From: a virus
IMG/VR virus record: IMGVR_UViG_3300032223_002232
Span: 105,764 to 169,763 of that record
Reading direction: 5' to 3' (one strand)
Length of the DNA stretch: 64,000 nt
This document shows, in pieces, positions 1-9,102 of this stretch. Under the pieces are notes generated by a model, which saw only the letters and a program-made list of their open reading frames with translations, was not told the origin of the DNA and searched no databases. Within the stretch, counting starts at the first letter, position 1; the number at the start of each line of letters is the position of its first letter. The position numbers and the translations under genes were made by a program.

Positions 1-111
1 TTCTTACACAAGTATAGCTATATACCAACACAAAATGATCCTAAACCAGTATCTAATGATGATTTAATGAAAACTTTGGAGGAATTACAAACAAATTATG
101 GATCAAAGTAG
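1..111 (+). CDS. 3' end of an upstream glycosyltransferase-like gene (partial)
   Basis: Frame 1 is open from base 1 to TAG at 109-111 (FLHKYSYIPTQNDPKPVSNDDLMKTLEELQTNYGSK*). It loosely resembles the C-terminus of the next GT2 and overlaps its start. Confidence 0.55.
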   Translation, partial: FLHKYSYIPTQNDPKPVSNDDLMKTLEELQTNYGSK

Positions 112-883
112 AATTGGCATAGGTATAATCACATGTAATAGACCTGATTTCTTTTTTAAGTGCTACGAGTCTATTCCTAGCAAATATGCTGATGATATTG
201 TCATTGTTAATGATGGTAAACCATTTGATTTTATTGGCAAAGGTCATTTTATTCAACATGAATCTAATAAAAACGTAGGTTATAGTAAAAATGAAGCTAT
301 GGCATATCTTTTAGATGTAGGATATGATTATATTTTTACATTAGAAGATGATATTATTATAAAAGATAGAGATATCTTTGAGAAATACATTGATGCATCA
401 AATAAAACAGGAATTCAACATTTTAATTTTGGTTTTTCACAAAGAGAGAACCTTGATCATAATTTAAAACCAGTTTATCGTAAAACTATTGATTACGGTG
501 ATGTAAAAATTGTTTTAGCTCCCAATATCCTTGGTGCTTTTACATTTTATACAAGACATGCTCTTCAAACTGTTGGATTACATCATAAAGACTTTAATAA
601 AGGTCATGGTGATCATTTAGAACTCACATACAGGGCAGCTAAACATGGATTTACCACACCATTCTGGTGGTTTGCTGATCTTTATGGTAGTTGGGACATG
701 ATTGAGAATCAAAGTAACTTCACAACAGACTCTGTTGTTAGAAGTAAGAATTTTGAACAGAACTTTAATGAAGCTAGATCTATATTTAAACGTCTTCATG
801 GATGCGATATATTTGAAATACCACAATCATCAGAACAAGAAGTTATAAACATTTTAAAGAAAATTAAAAATGAGAGAAATTAA
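98..883 (+). CDS. Glycosyltransferase family 2 (GT-A fold)
   Basis: IGIITCNRP start, IVIVNDG, NVGYSKN and FTLEDD DxD-like motifs. Confidence 0.85.
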   Translation: MDQSRIGIGIITCNRPDFFFKCYESIPSKYADDIVIVNDGKPFDFIGKGHFIQHESNKNVGYSKNEAMAYLLDVGYDYIFTLEDDIIIKDRDIFEKYIDASNKTGIQHFNFGFSQRENLDHNLKPVYRKTIDYGDVKIVLAPNILGAFTFYTRHALQTVGLHHKDFNKGHGDHLELTYRAAKHGFTTPFWWFADLYGSWDMIENQSNFTTDSVVRSKNFEQNFNEARSIFKRLHGCDIFEIPQSSEQEVINILKKIKNERN

Positions 884-1589
884 CTTTATAAGTGAAACAC
901 ATTTAGGGGATTGTATTTTTACCACTGATTTTTTAAATAAAATGATTAAACTTGATGATAACATCAAAGTTAATTTTTATATTTTTGAAAAACACAAACA
1001 TCAAGTCACAGAACTGATTGAAGATCATGATAGAATACATGTTTTAAACTATTCAGATGCACCTGTAACTGCTAATAGAGCTTGGATGGCACAATATGGT
1101 CAAATTACGCAAATCCCTTTTGATTTTACCAAATTAAAAATGGATTTTTATGACATTCTTTGCAAAGAACTTAAATTGCCAAATCCATATAAAGATAAAA
1201 TAGATTTATTATTTGATCATAAAGATTTAATTGGTAAGGATTATACTGCGGATATACTTTTACTCAATTCAGATCCACTTAGCAATCAATTAGGTGGTGG
1301 AAATTTAGATTGTAGTTCCTTTTTAGAGAAATTCAAAGATAAAAAGATTATAACAACTAAAAAAGTTGATGGATTCCCATGCACATTGGATTATAATTAT
1401 TCAATCTTTGATATTGCAAATATTTCACTTGGTATAAGTAAAATCATTGGTGTTCATACTGGACCTTGGCACGTTATTATGAATAGAAAGAACTATAATA
1501 TGGGTAAAAAGTTCTACTATATAGATAATAACTGCTGGTATACATATGATAACTGCATAAAAATAAAAGATTTAACCGTATTTAACTAA
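870..1589 (+). CDS. Putative GT-B glycosyltransferase (GT9/heptosyltransferase-like)
   Basis: HLGDCIF near the N-terminus and IIGVHTGPWHV resemble the GT9 GD and DSGPxH motifs; located in the GT cluster. Confidence 0.55.
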   Translation: MREINFISETHLGDCIFTTDFLNKMIKLDDNIKVNFYIFEKHKHQVTELIEDHDRIHVLNYSDAPVTANRAWMAQYGQITQIPFDFTKLKMDFYDILCKELKLPNPYKDKIDLLFDHKDLIGKDYTADILLLNSDPLSNQLGGGNLDCSSFLEKFKDKKIITTKKVDGFPCTLDYNYSIFDIANISLGISKIIGVHTGPWHVIMNRKNYNMGKKFYYIDNNCWYTYDNCIKIKDLTVFN

Positions 1590-1591
1590 TT

Positions 1592-2263
1592 ATGATCACA
1601 TACTTCAACAAAAACTACTTGGATTATATCCTCTTACAAAGAACAAGACTCACAACAGAGTATAAAGTTACAGCAGAAAGCAATGAAAGAGATATTTCAT
1701 ATGCATTATCAGTAATGGGTTATAGAGATCTTGAATTAATAAGTCCATTTCTTCCAAACAATAAAAATATTGATTACAATGTTTTAGATATTGGTTGTGG
1801 TCTTGGTGTTATAGATGTACTTCTAAGCAAACATTATCCAAATGCAAATTTTTATTTGCAAGATAAGAGCGAAGAAATTGATTCTACAAAAAAATACAAT
1901 GGTTTTAATGAAACATATCAATATTATAATAATATAGATTTATTAAAAGAGTTTGTAACTAATAATGGTATTAAAAATTTTGAAATTATTGATGGTGCTA
2001 ATTTATATGATACAAATTTAAAATTTGATGTAATAATGTCATTACTTTCTTGTGGGTGGCACTATTCACTTTTAACTTATTTAGAATTTATTAAAACACA
2101 TCTATCGGATGAAGGAATTTTAATTATTGATGTTAGAAATGAAACCGAAGAGGGATTACTTTATGAATATTTCCATAATGTTAATAGGATTTTCAATCCA
2201 TACGAGAAAAGACATGATGGTGGCATAGTAGGTTATCGTTATGTTTGCACATTATTAAAGTAA
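1592..2263 (+). CDS. Class I SAM-dependent methyltransferase
   Basis: VLDIGCGLG motif I, FDVIMS, LSDEGILII. Confidence 0.85.
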   Translation: MITYFNKNYLDYILLQRTRLTTEYKVTAESNERDISYALSVMGYRDLELISPFLPNNKNIDYNVLDIGCGLGVIDVLLSKHYPNANFYLQDKSEEIDSTKKYNGFNETYQYYNNIDLLKEFVTNNGIKNFEIIDGANLYDTNLKFDVIMSLLSCGWHYSLLTYLEFIKTHLSDEGILIIDVRNETEEGLLYEYFHNVNRIFNPYEKRHDGGIVGYRYVCTLLK

Positions 2264-2265
2264 AC

Positions 2266-3219
2266 ATGAAATATTTCATAGCTGGTAATGAAATACATTC
2301 AGATAAGAATCTTCAATCTGGACCATTAGAAAATTATTATGAATTAGGGTTTGAATGTGTTTATACACATTTATTAGCCAAAAGATTCATAAATGATGGT
2401 ACGTTAAATGTAAATGAAGATGTTGTTGTTACATGTGAAGGTAGAGAATTCTTTTATAACAACTATATTAAAACGATAACATGGAAAGAATTTGAAGAAA
2501 TCAAATTAACTCAATTAACGACAACAATTAATGGTACAGAATATCTTTTAAATAACATATTTAAAGAAACAGAGGTTTTCCATGATCTTTATATGGAAGG
2601 TAGTGCACCATTTGGTAAATTATTTAATCCAACTTTACCTGAATCAGAAAATTACAACAATTATGTTAAAACTGGTACACCAAAGTACAAATACTTCCAA
2701 GAAGATTATGATTTAATTACAAATTTAAATTTTAATAAAGAATTAATTATACCTGATCAGAAATATATATGTTTTAATCGTAGATTTAGGAAACATAGAG
2801 AAGAATTTAATATGTCAAAAGACTATGCAGTTAAATTAATGCAAAATTTAATTGAAAAGTTCAATGTTAAAATTTATATCACAGGTTATCATAATGAAAA
2901 ATTTGAAACTGTCATGGATAACGTTAAATGGGTAAATCTTAGAGATTGGTGTACATTAATGAATCATGATAATTGTTTTGCAGCTGTACAAAACCAAACA
3001 GGCACAACTAACCTATCTCAGATAGCTGGAAAAGAAAGACTTTTAAATATTGTAATCAATAATGATGAAACAATGTTTACAAATCCGTTATATTTTAATG
3101 GAAGAAGACCAGATGTTCTTGGTAAAGCTGTTAATTTTAAAAAACTAAGAAATATTCTTTATAGAGGTGCTCAACCATCTATTGATGATATAGTTAAAAA
3201 CATAGAACAATATGCTTGA
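2266..3219 (+). CDS. Hypothetical protein, possibly glycosyltransferase-like
   Basis: ATG at 2266 just after the previous stop; YICFNRR segment and cluster context only. Confidence 0.5.
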   Translation: MKYFIAGNEIHSDKNLQSGPLENYYELGFECVYTHLLAKRFINDGTLNVNEDVVVTCEGREFFYNNYIKTITWKEFEEIKLTQLTTTINGTEYLLNNIFKETEVFHDLYMEGSAPFGKLFNPTLPESENYNNYVKTGTPKYKYFQEDYDLITNLNFNKELIIPDQKYICFNRRFRKHREEFNMSKDYAVKLMQNLIEKFNVKIYITGYHNEKFETVMDNVKWVNLRDWCTLMNHDNCFAAVQNQTGTTNLSQIAGKERLLNIVINNDETMFTNPLYFNGRRPDVLGKAVNFKKLRNILYRGAQPSIDDIVKNIEQYA

Positions 3220-3946
3220 TTTAAAAAACGTTACTATTGTATCTATTAATACTAGAGATCCTGAATTAAGCATTAAAGCTATTGAAAGATCATGCAAATA
3301 TATTAATTTTGGAGAAAATTTATTGCTAACTGATAAAGATCTTAAACATGAGAATATAAAAATTGTAAAAATACCAACAATAAAGTCTTTAAAAGAGTAT
3401 AGTTTATTTTGTATTAAAAATTTACATAATTATATTGATACGGAACATTGTTTATTAGTGCAACCAGATGGATTTGTTACAAATCCTTTCATGTGGTCTG
3501 ATGAATTCTTACATTATGATTATGTAGCTGCTCCTTGGGATAAACTTTTATCACAAAGAGGTCTTTGGATGTGTGGCATGTTAAATATGGATCTAGAAGC
3601 CGTTCCAATTATTATTGGTAATGGTGGATTTTCTTTAAGAAGTAAAAAATTCTTAAAAGAATCATCAAAATTAAATTTTAATATTGATTTACCAGAAGAT
3701 GCATTTTTATGTATTAAAAGTAGAAAAACATTATTAGATAGAGGTATAAAATTTGCACCACTTAGTGTTGCAAAAAGATTTTCACTTGAAAGTCCTATTG
3801 ATTTAAATGAAAAAAATGTAACTCTTGATGCGCATTTTGGATTTCATGGTACACATGAATTCAAAAAACCACTTATGGATCTTTTAGATAACATTGAAAA
3901 TGATGTTGAATCTGTTAAGTTAATCAAAAAGTTCTATGAGTCTTGA
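3212..3946 (+). CDS. DUF5672-like GT-A fold protein
   Basis: LLVQPDG, YDYVAAPW, GNGGFSLRS, PEDAF and FGFH motifs. Confidence 0.8.
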   Translation: MLDLKNVTIVSINTRDPELSIKAIERSCKYINFGENLLLTDKDLKHENIKIVKIPTIKSLKEYSLFCIKNLHNYIDTEHCLLVQPDGFVTNPFMWSDEFLHYDYVAAPWDKLLSQRGLWMCGMLNMDLEAVPIIIGNGGFSLRSKKFLKESSKLNFNIDLPEDAFLCIKSRKTLLDRGIKFAPLSVAKRFSLESPIDLNEKNVTLDAHFGFHGTHEFKKPLMDLLDNIENDVESVKLIKKFYES

Positions 3947-4631
3947 TATAATATACAGATGTTGCAATGCAGAGATAAATCCACCATTTAAGTGGGTTAG
4001 ACCACCTTGGTTTAATAAATTAGCATGTCTTAAATCATTTTTAAAATCAGTAGACTCTAATAAATTTTATATAGGTAAAGTTATTTTTGTTCATGATGGT
4101 CCAAAAGGAGAACTTTATGATAATATTCCAAAAGAATTTGAAATTATTTCAGTTGATTACAAAGATAATGAACTTAGTTTATTAGAAACATTCAAAGTTG
4201 CTGATAAATTAAAAAATAATGTTTATTTTGTGGAAGATGATTATCTACATTTAAAACATTCTATTCAATATATTGCTCAAGGCGTCGAAAACTTTAAACT
4301 TGTCACTGGATATGATCATTTAGATCGTTATAAGCGAGACGATGATATAACTTTTGGTAAAGAACATATAGCTTTTTCTAAAAAAACTAATTGTCATTGG
4401 AGAACAGCAGAATCAACGTGCTGTACATGGGCAACTACAAGAGAATTATGGCGTGGTGCGGTTGGAGATTTTGCAAAAACTTATAGATTACAAGATCGTC
4501 AATTATTTAGAGGTCTTTATAATCAACATAACATAAGACTTTGGAATCCAATACCAGCAGTTACAACACAAGTTGATATAAATTTATCACCCGGTATTGA
4601 TTGGGAAGCTTTTCAATCTAAATTAATTTAA
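3936..4631 (+). CDS. Putative glycosyltransferase (GT-A fold)
   Basis: IFVHDG and YFVEDDYLH motifs. Confidence 0.7.
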   Translation: MSLDIIYRCCNAEINPPFKWVRPPWFNKLACLKSFLKSVDSNKFYIGKVIFVHDGPKGELYDNIPKEFEIISVDYKDNELSLLETFKVADKLKNNVYFVEDDYLHLKHSIQYIAQGVENFKLVTGYDHLDRYKRDDDITFGKEHIAFSKKTNCHWRTAESTCCTWATTRELWRGAVGDFAKTYRLQDRQLFRGLYNQHNIRLWNPIPAVTTQVDINLSPGIDWEAFQSKLI

Positions 4632-4632
4632 T

Positions 4633-5352
4633 ATGGATAATATTACTCATTCAGTTTGGGTAGGTTTAAATGATCTTTCTTTGATGGAAAGATTAACTTT
4701 ATCTTTATTGGTAAAAAATGGTTACAATCCAATTCTTTGGTGCAACAATGAATTAAAAAATGTACCAAAAGGTGTAACTTTAAAACAAATACCTAAAGAT
4801 ATTATTCAACCAATAGGATATAGGGGGAAACCAAATAATACTTTTAATGGTGGTATTGGTTCTTATGCTCTTTGGGCTGATTATTTTTCATTTTATACAT
4901 TATACATGGAAGGTGGGTTATGGGTTCAAATGGATGTTGCAATAACAAAACCAATTGTAAATGAAAAAGAATATTGGTTTAATCCTTGGGCAAATGGTGT
5001 TGGTGTTATGGTATTAAAAATGCCAAAAGGTAATATTATCTGTAAAGATATATTAAATAGAATACATCCTCATGTTTTAAATGGGTTTGAAAGTTCATAT
5101 TGGGAAGTAACAATGGAATTATTATCATTTTTGATTAAAAAATATGATATTCTAGATCAATCATATATATTTGGTGACGAATATATTGATTGTGGTGGGA
5201 ATCCCAATTCAATTTTTAGAAATCCCTCTGATAAGAACTATCAAATAATACATTGGTCGAATGCATCACATATTACAGAAAAAAATAATCCAATAGTTAG
5301 TAGTGAATATCATAGATTATGTCTTGAATGTGGTTTATTAGATAATAAATAA
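4633..5352 (+). CDS. GT32/DXD-type glycosyltransferase-like protein
   Basis: HSVWVG, ADYF...LY..GGLWVQMDV, IIHW. Confidence 0.7.
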   Translation: MDNITHSVWVGLNDLSLMERLTLSLLVKNGYNPILWCNNELKNVPKGVTLKQIPKDIIQPIGYRGKPNNTFNGGIGSYALWADYFSFYTLYMEGGLWVQMDVAITKPIVNEKEYWFNPWANGVGVMVLKMPKGNIICKDILNRIHPHVLNGFESSYWEVTMELLSFLIKKYDILDQSYIFGDEYIDCGGNPNSIFRNPSDKNYQIIHWSNASHITEKNNPIVSSEYHRLCLECGLLDNK

Positions 5353-5356
5353 GAAA

Positions 5357-5902
5357 ATGAGCATAGAAGAACTATATATTCAGAATAAAGAAAACCCTTC
5401 CGATATAAATGAGCATCTAGAGACTCTTTATAAGTACGCTAAAGAGTGTAATACCATTGCAGAATTTGGTCTTAGATGGGTTTGTAGTTCATACGCTCTA
5501 GCTCATGCTAGACCACAAAAATTAATTTGTGTTGATATCAATAATCATGGAAACGTTGACAGTTTTATTGAATTATGTAAGATGGAAAATATAAATGCAG
5601 TATTTCATCAAGCAGATACAAGAAATTATGAATTGGAAGAGGTTGATATGCTTTTTATAGACACTCTTCATACATTTGATCAGTTAACAAAAGAATTAGA
5701 AATACATCCACCAAAGGTAAAAAAATACATGATGTTTCACGATACTGTTTCATATGGTAATGTCGATGAAATGACAGGTCAAACTGGTGAAAATCATGGT
5801 TTAATACCAGCAATTAAAAACTTTTTAAAGAATAATCCACATTGGCAAGAGCTTGAAACTCATACAAACAACAACGGTTTAACCATTCTTAAAAGAGTAT
5901 AA
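5357..5902 (+). CDS. SAM-dependent methyltransferase (Methyltransf_24-like)
   Basis: IAEFG, DMLFIDTLH, MFHDT. Confidence 0.8.
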   Translation: MSIEELYIQNKENPSDINEHLETLYKYAKECNTIAEFGLRWVCSSYALAHARPQKLICVDINNHGNVDSFIELCKMENINAVFHQADTRNYELEEVDMLFIDTLHTFDQLTKELEIHPPKVKKYMMFHDTVSYGNVDEMTGQTGENHGLIPAIKNFLKNNPHWQELETHTNNNGLTILKRV

Positions 5903-5909
5903 AAAAGAA

Positions 5910-5937
5910 TTGCAAGTTTCAATATTCTGTATACAAT
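5910..5937 (+). promoter_or_regulatory. Sigma70-like promoter for gp46
   Basis: TTGCAA-16 nt-TACAAT, ending 6 nt before GTG 5944. Confidence 0.6.
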
Positions 5938-5943
5938 ATAGGC

Positions 5944-7740
5944 GTGAAGAATATTGTTTTTAGTAAAATAAAGATTCAAAACTTTCTATCTATTGGTGAA
6001 AATCCAATTGAAATTGATTTTATCAAAGGTGTAACCATTATTACTGGTGAAAATAAAGATAAGGGTGGTAAAAATGGAATTGGTAAAAGTACTATAGCAG
6101 ATGCATTATATTGGTGTCTGTTTGGTAATACTATTAGAGAGTTAAAGAAGGATAAGATTCAACATAATAAAAATAAAAAGGAATGTGAAGTAATATTACA
6201 ATTTTCCGTATCAGATGGAAAGAATGTTACATCATATACAATTAAAAGAATTCTTGATCCAGCAAAAATAGAAATTTCATCTGGTGATAATGATTTAACT
6301 CTATCCACAATTCCCAAGAATGATGAATTTATTAAAGAATTAATTGGTGCTAATGAAGAAGTGTTTAATAATGCAGTTGTAATGTCATCAAACAATACAA
6401 TCCCATTCATGGCTCAGAAAAAGACGGATAAAAGAAAATTCATTGAAGGTATTCTTCAATTAAATATTTTTAGTGAGATGCTTCTTAAAACAAGAGCAGA
6501 ATATAATGACATAAAAAAAGAAAATGATCTATTGAGTAACAATTTTGTCAATGAACAACGCATGTTATCAACATTAAATGATAATAAATCAAACTTTGAT
6601 GATAGTAAATCATCACGCATTAGTATATTCTTAGAAAAAATTAAAAATACATCAGAACAGATAGATTTTTTAAATAAACAAAACATACCTGATGTTAAAA
6701 CTATAAAAGATAATATTAAAAAGTTAGAAGATAAGAAAACTGAACTAGGCGAATCATTAAAAGAAACAAATAAGAAGATTATTGACATTGGTAAACAATA
6801 TACGTCTATATATGACAAGCTAAGAGATGCAAAAAATGATAAGAAAAAGATTTTAGATAAAGGTAATACTTGTCCAACTTGTAATAGGTTATATTGTGAA
6901 GACGATTTAGATCATGTTGCAAAAGAAATTGAAAAATTAGATAAAATTATTAATGATAATCAACCTATTTATGATGATTTAATTGAAACTAAGAAAGAAA
7001 ATGAAACTCTTGGTAGTAAGATCGTTGATAAAATTGAAAAAGTAAAGGATATGATAAAGGATCTAAATGATGATATAACCAAAGCATCACTTCATGATCA
7101 AAAAATTAAAACTTTAACTGAAAAGATTACTGAATATAGAGAAAATATTCGTGAAATTGAAACAGAAACGTTTAAAGATGATAGTAAGATTACGGAATGT
7201 GAAGATAACATTAAAAAGATAGAGAAAAATCTTAAAAAGATTAAAAAAGACATGGCAGTTTTAGATTCCGTTAAGTTTATTGTATCGGAAGAAGGTGTTA
7301 AGACTTATATTGTTAAAAAAATCATTAATGTTCTTAATACTCGTCTTAACTATTATCTTAAAACTCTTGATGCTCCATGTAAATGTGAGTTTGATGAGAT
7401 GTTTGAAGAGATTATCTACAATGATCAAGGTAAAGAGTGTTCATATTTTAATTTTAGCGGTGGAGAACGTAAAAGAATTGATACAGCAATACTTTTTACA
7501 TTCCAAGATATCATGAGATGTCATTCTGGAACATCATATTCACTTAACATTTACGATGAATTATTTGATTGTGCATTAGATACAAAGGGAACTGATAAAA
7601 TACTTCAGATTTTAAAAGAAAAGGTTGAAAAATACAATGAATCAGTGTATATTATAAGTCACAAATCAAACGATTTAAGTAACATTGATAATGTAATCTT
7701 TTTAGAAAAAGAAAATGGTGTTACAAAAATTAAAACTTGA
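5944..7740 (+). CDS. 46: Recombination endonuclease ATPase subunit (T4 gp46, SbcC/Rad50-like)
   Basis: Walker A GKNGIGKST, coiled coil with CPTC zinc hook, FSGGE signature, YDE, ISH. Confidence 0.93.
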   Translation: MKNIVFSKIKIQNFLSIGENPIEIDFIKGVTIITGENKDKGGKNGIGKSTIADALYWCLFGNTIRELKKDKIQHNKNKKECEVILQFSVSDGKNVTSYTIKRILDPAKIEISSGDNDLTLSTIPKNDEFIKELIGANEEVFNNAVVMSSNNTIPFMAQKKTDKRKFIEGILQLNIFSEMLLKTRAEYNDIKKENDLLSNNFVNEQRMLSTLNDNKSNFDDSKSSRISIFLEKIKNTSEQIDFLNKQNIPDVKTIKDNIKKLEDKKTELGESLKETNKKIIDIGKQYTSIYDKLRDAKNDKKKILDKGNTCPTCNRLYCEDDLDHVAKEIEKLDKIINDNQPIYDDLIETKKENETLGSKIVDKIEKVKDMIKDLNDDITKASLHDQKIKTLTEKITEYRENIREIETETFKDDSKITECEDNIKKIEKNLKKIKKDMAVLDSVKFIVSEEGVKTYIVKKIINVLNTRLNYYLKTLDAPCKCEFDEMFEEIIYNDQGKECSYFNFSGGERKRIDTAILFTFQDIMRCHSGTSYSLNIYDELFDCALDTKGTDKILQILKEKVEKYNESVYIISHKSNDLSNIDNVIFLEKENGVTKIKT

Positions 7741-7769
7741 ATTGTTAAACAATTTTTCTAAATTTACAT

Positions 7770-9071
7770 ATGGCATTAAAAATAAAAGACAACAAAAAAG
7801 ATAATAATTTTGTATTTGCATACAATCCAATTGCCACAACAATTCCAAACCCCCCACCAGCACTTCCTGTTGGAATGCCGACATATAGTTACGCTGGTTT
7901 AAACCCAATTTCTGCACCAAAAACACCAGATCTAGTAATGCCAGAACAAGGATTACCTAGAGCAATTAATTATTATGCCGATTATGGTGGTTGTGGATAT
8001 TGGAGAATGATTTGGCCTGAGTTTGCGCTCAACCAATACAATAAAGCTTGTATTTCTGGTTTAACTCAAATGATTTTAGACATTAGATTCTATCAAGGTA
8101 TTAAAACCATTAGATTCCAGAGGCAAGCTACACCTATTCAGAGAGATTTTGTAAAGGAATTAAGAAAAGCAAGTGAACAAATGGGCTTTAAATTAATGTA
8201 TGAAGTCGATGATATCGTCTTCAAAGAAGATATTCCTGACTATAATCGTTGTAAGGATGCATTTGTTGATGATACTATTATTAATAGCATTCTTGAGATC
8301 ATGGGGATGATGGATGAGATTACAGTCACATGTAAATACATGAAAGACTATTATATTGAAAAGACAGGTAATAAAAATATTACAGTTATTCCAAATTATC
8401 CACCTAAATTCTGGTTAGATCGTTTTTATAACAAAGAACGTGTTGCCAAACTATATGATCAATATAAGAAACGTCCAAGAATTCTTTATTCTGGATCTGG
8501 AACACATATAGACGTTCTTAATAGAACAGGAATGAATGATGATTTCAAACATGTTACCGATGCAATCATCAAAGCTCGTAAGAAATTCAAGTTTGTTTGG
8601 AAGGGATGCTTCCCGATGGCATTGAAACCATATATTGATAATGGCGAAATGGAGTTTATTGATTGGTCACCTCTTCCAGATTATCCACAAGGTCTTGTTG
8701 ACACAAATTGTAACGCTTCATTTGCACCATTGATTGATAATGTGTTCAATAGATCAAAGAGTAACATTAAAATTGTTGAAGCTGGTGCTTTAGGTATGCC
8801 CGGAGTGTATCAAGACATGTGTACATATGAAGATGCTGATTTAAAATTCAAATCAGGTGATGATTTAATTCAACAACTTGAGCATTTAACATCTGATTTT
8901 GATAGGTACATGGATTTTTCAAGTAAAGCTAGAACATTTACAGAGGGATTATGGTTAGAGGATCATTTAGATGAATATCAAGCACTTTACTTTACGGATT
9001 TTGGATCAAAAGAAAGAAAAGAGATGGCTCCTAATCTTATAAAGAACAATCCTGATCAAGATATTGCTTGA
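7770..9071 (+). CDS. Glycosyltransferase (GT-B/GT4-like)
   Basis: GCGYWRMIWP, YEVDD, YSGSGTH and APL..N.FNRSKSNIKIVEAG motifs typical of phage GT-B enzymes. Confidence 0.8.
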   Translation: MALKIKDNKKDNNFVFAYNPIATTIPNPPPALPVGMPTYSYAGLNPISAPKTPDLVMPEQGLPRAINYYADYGGCGYWRMIWPEFALNQYNKACISGLTQMILDIRFYQGIKTIRFQRQATPIQRDFVKELRKASEQMGFKLMYEVDDIVFKEDIPDYNRCKDAFVDDTIINSILEIMGMMDEITVTCKYMKDYYIEKTGNKNITVIPNYPPKFWLDRFYNKERVAKLYDQYKKRPRILYSGSGTHIDVLNRTGMNDDFKHVTDAIIKARKKFKFVWKGCFPMALKPYIDNGEMEFIDWSPLPDYPQGLVDTNCNASFAPLIDNVFNRSKSNIKIVEAGALGMPGVYQDMCTYEDADLKFKSGDDLIQQLEHLTSDFDRYMDFSSKARTFTEGLWLEDHLDEYQALYFTDFGSKERKEMAPNLIKNNPDQDIA

Positions 9072-9096
9072 TTAGTACACCATATTGGTACATAAT
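9068..9096 (+). promoter_or_regulatory. Sigma70-like promoter for DNA polymerase
   Basis: TTGATT-17 nt-CATAAT, 6 nt before ATG 9103. Confidence 0.6.
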
Positions 9097-9102
9097 TGGG
9101 TA

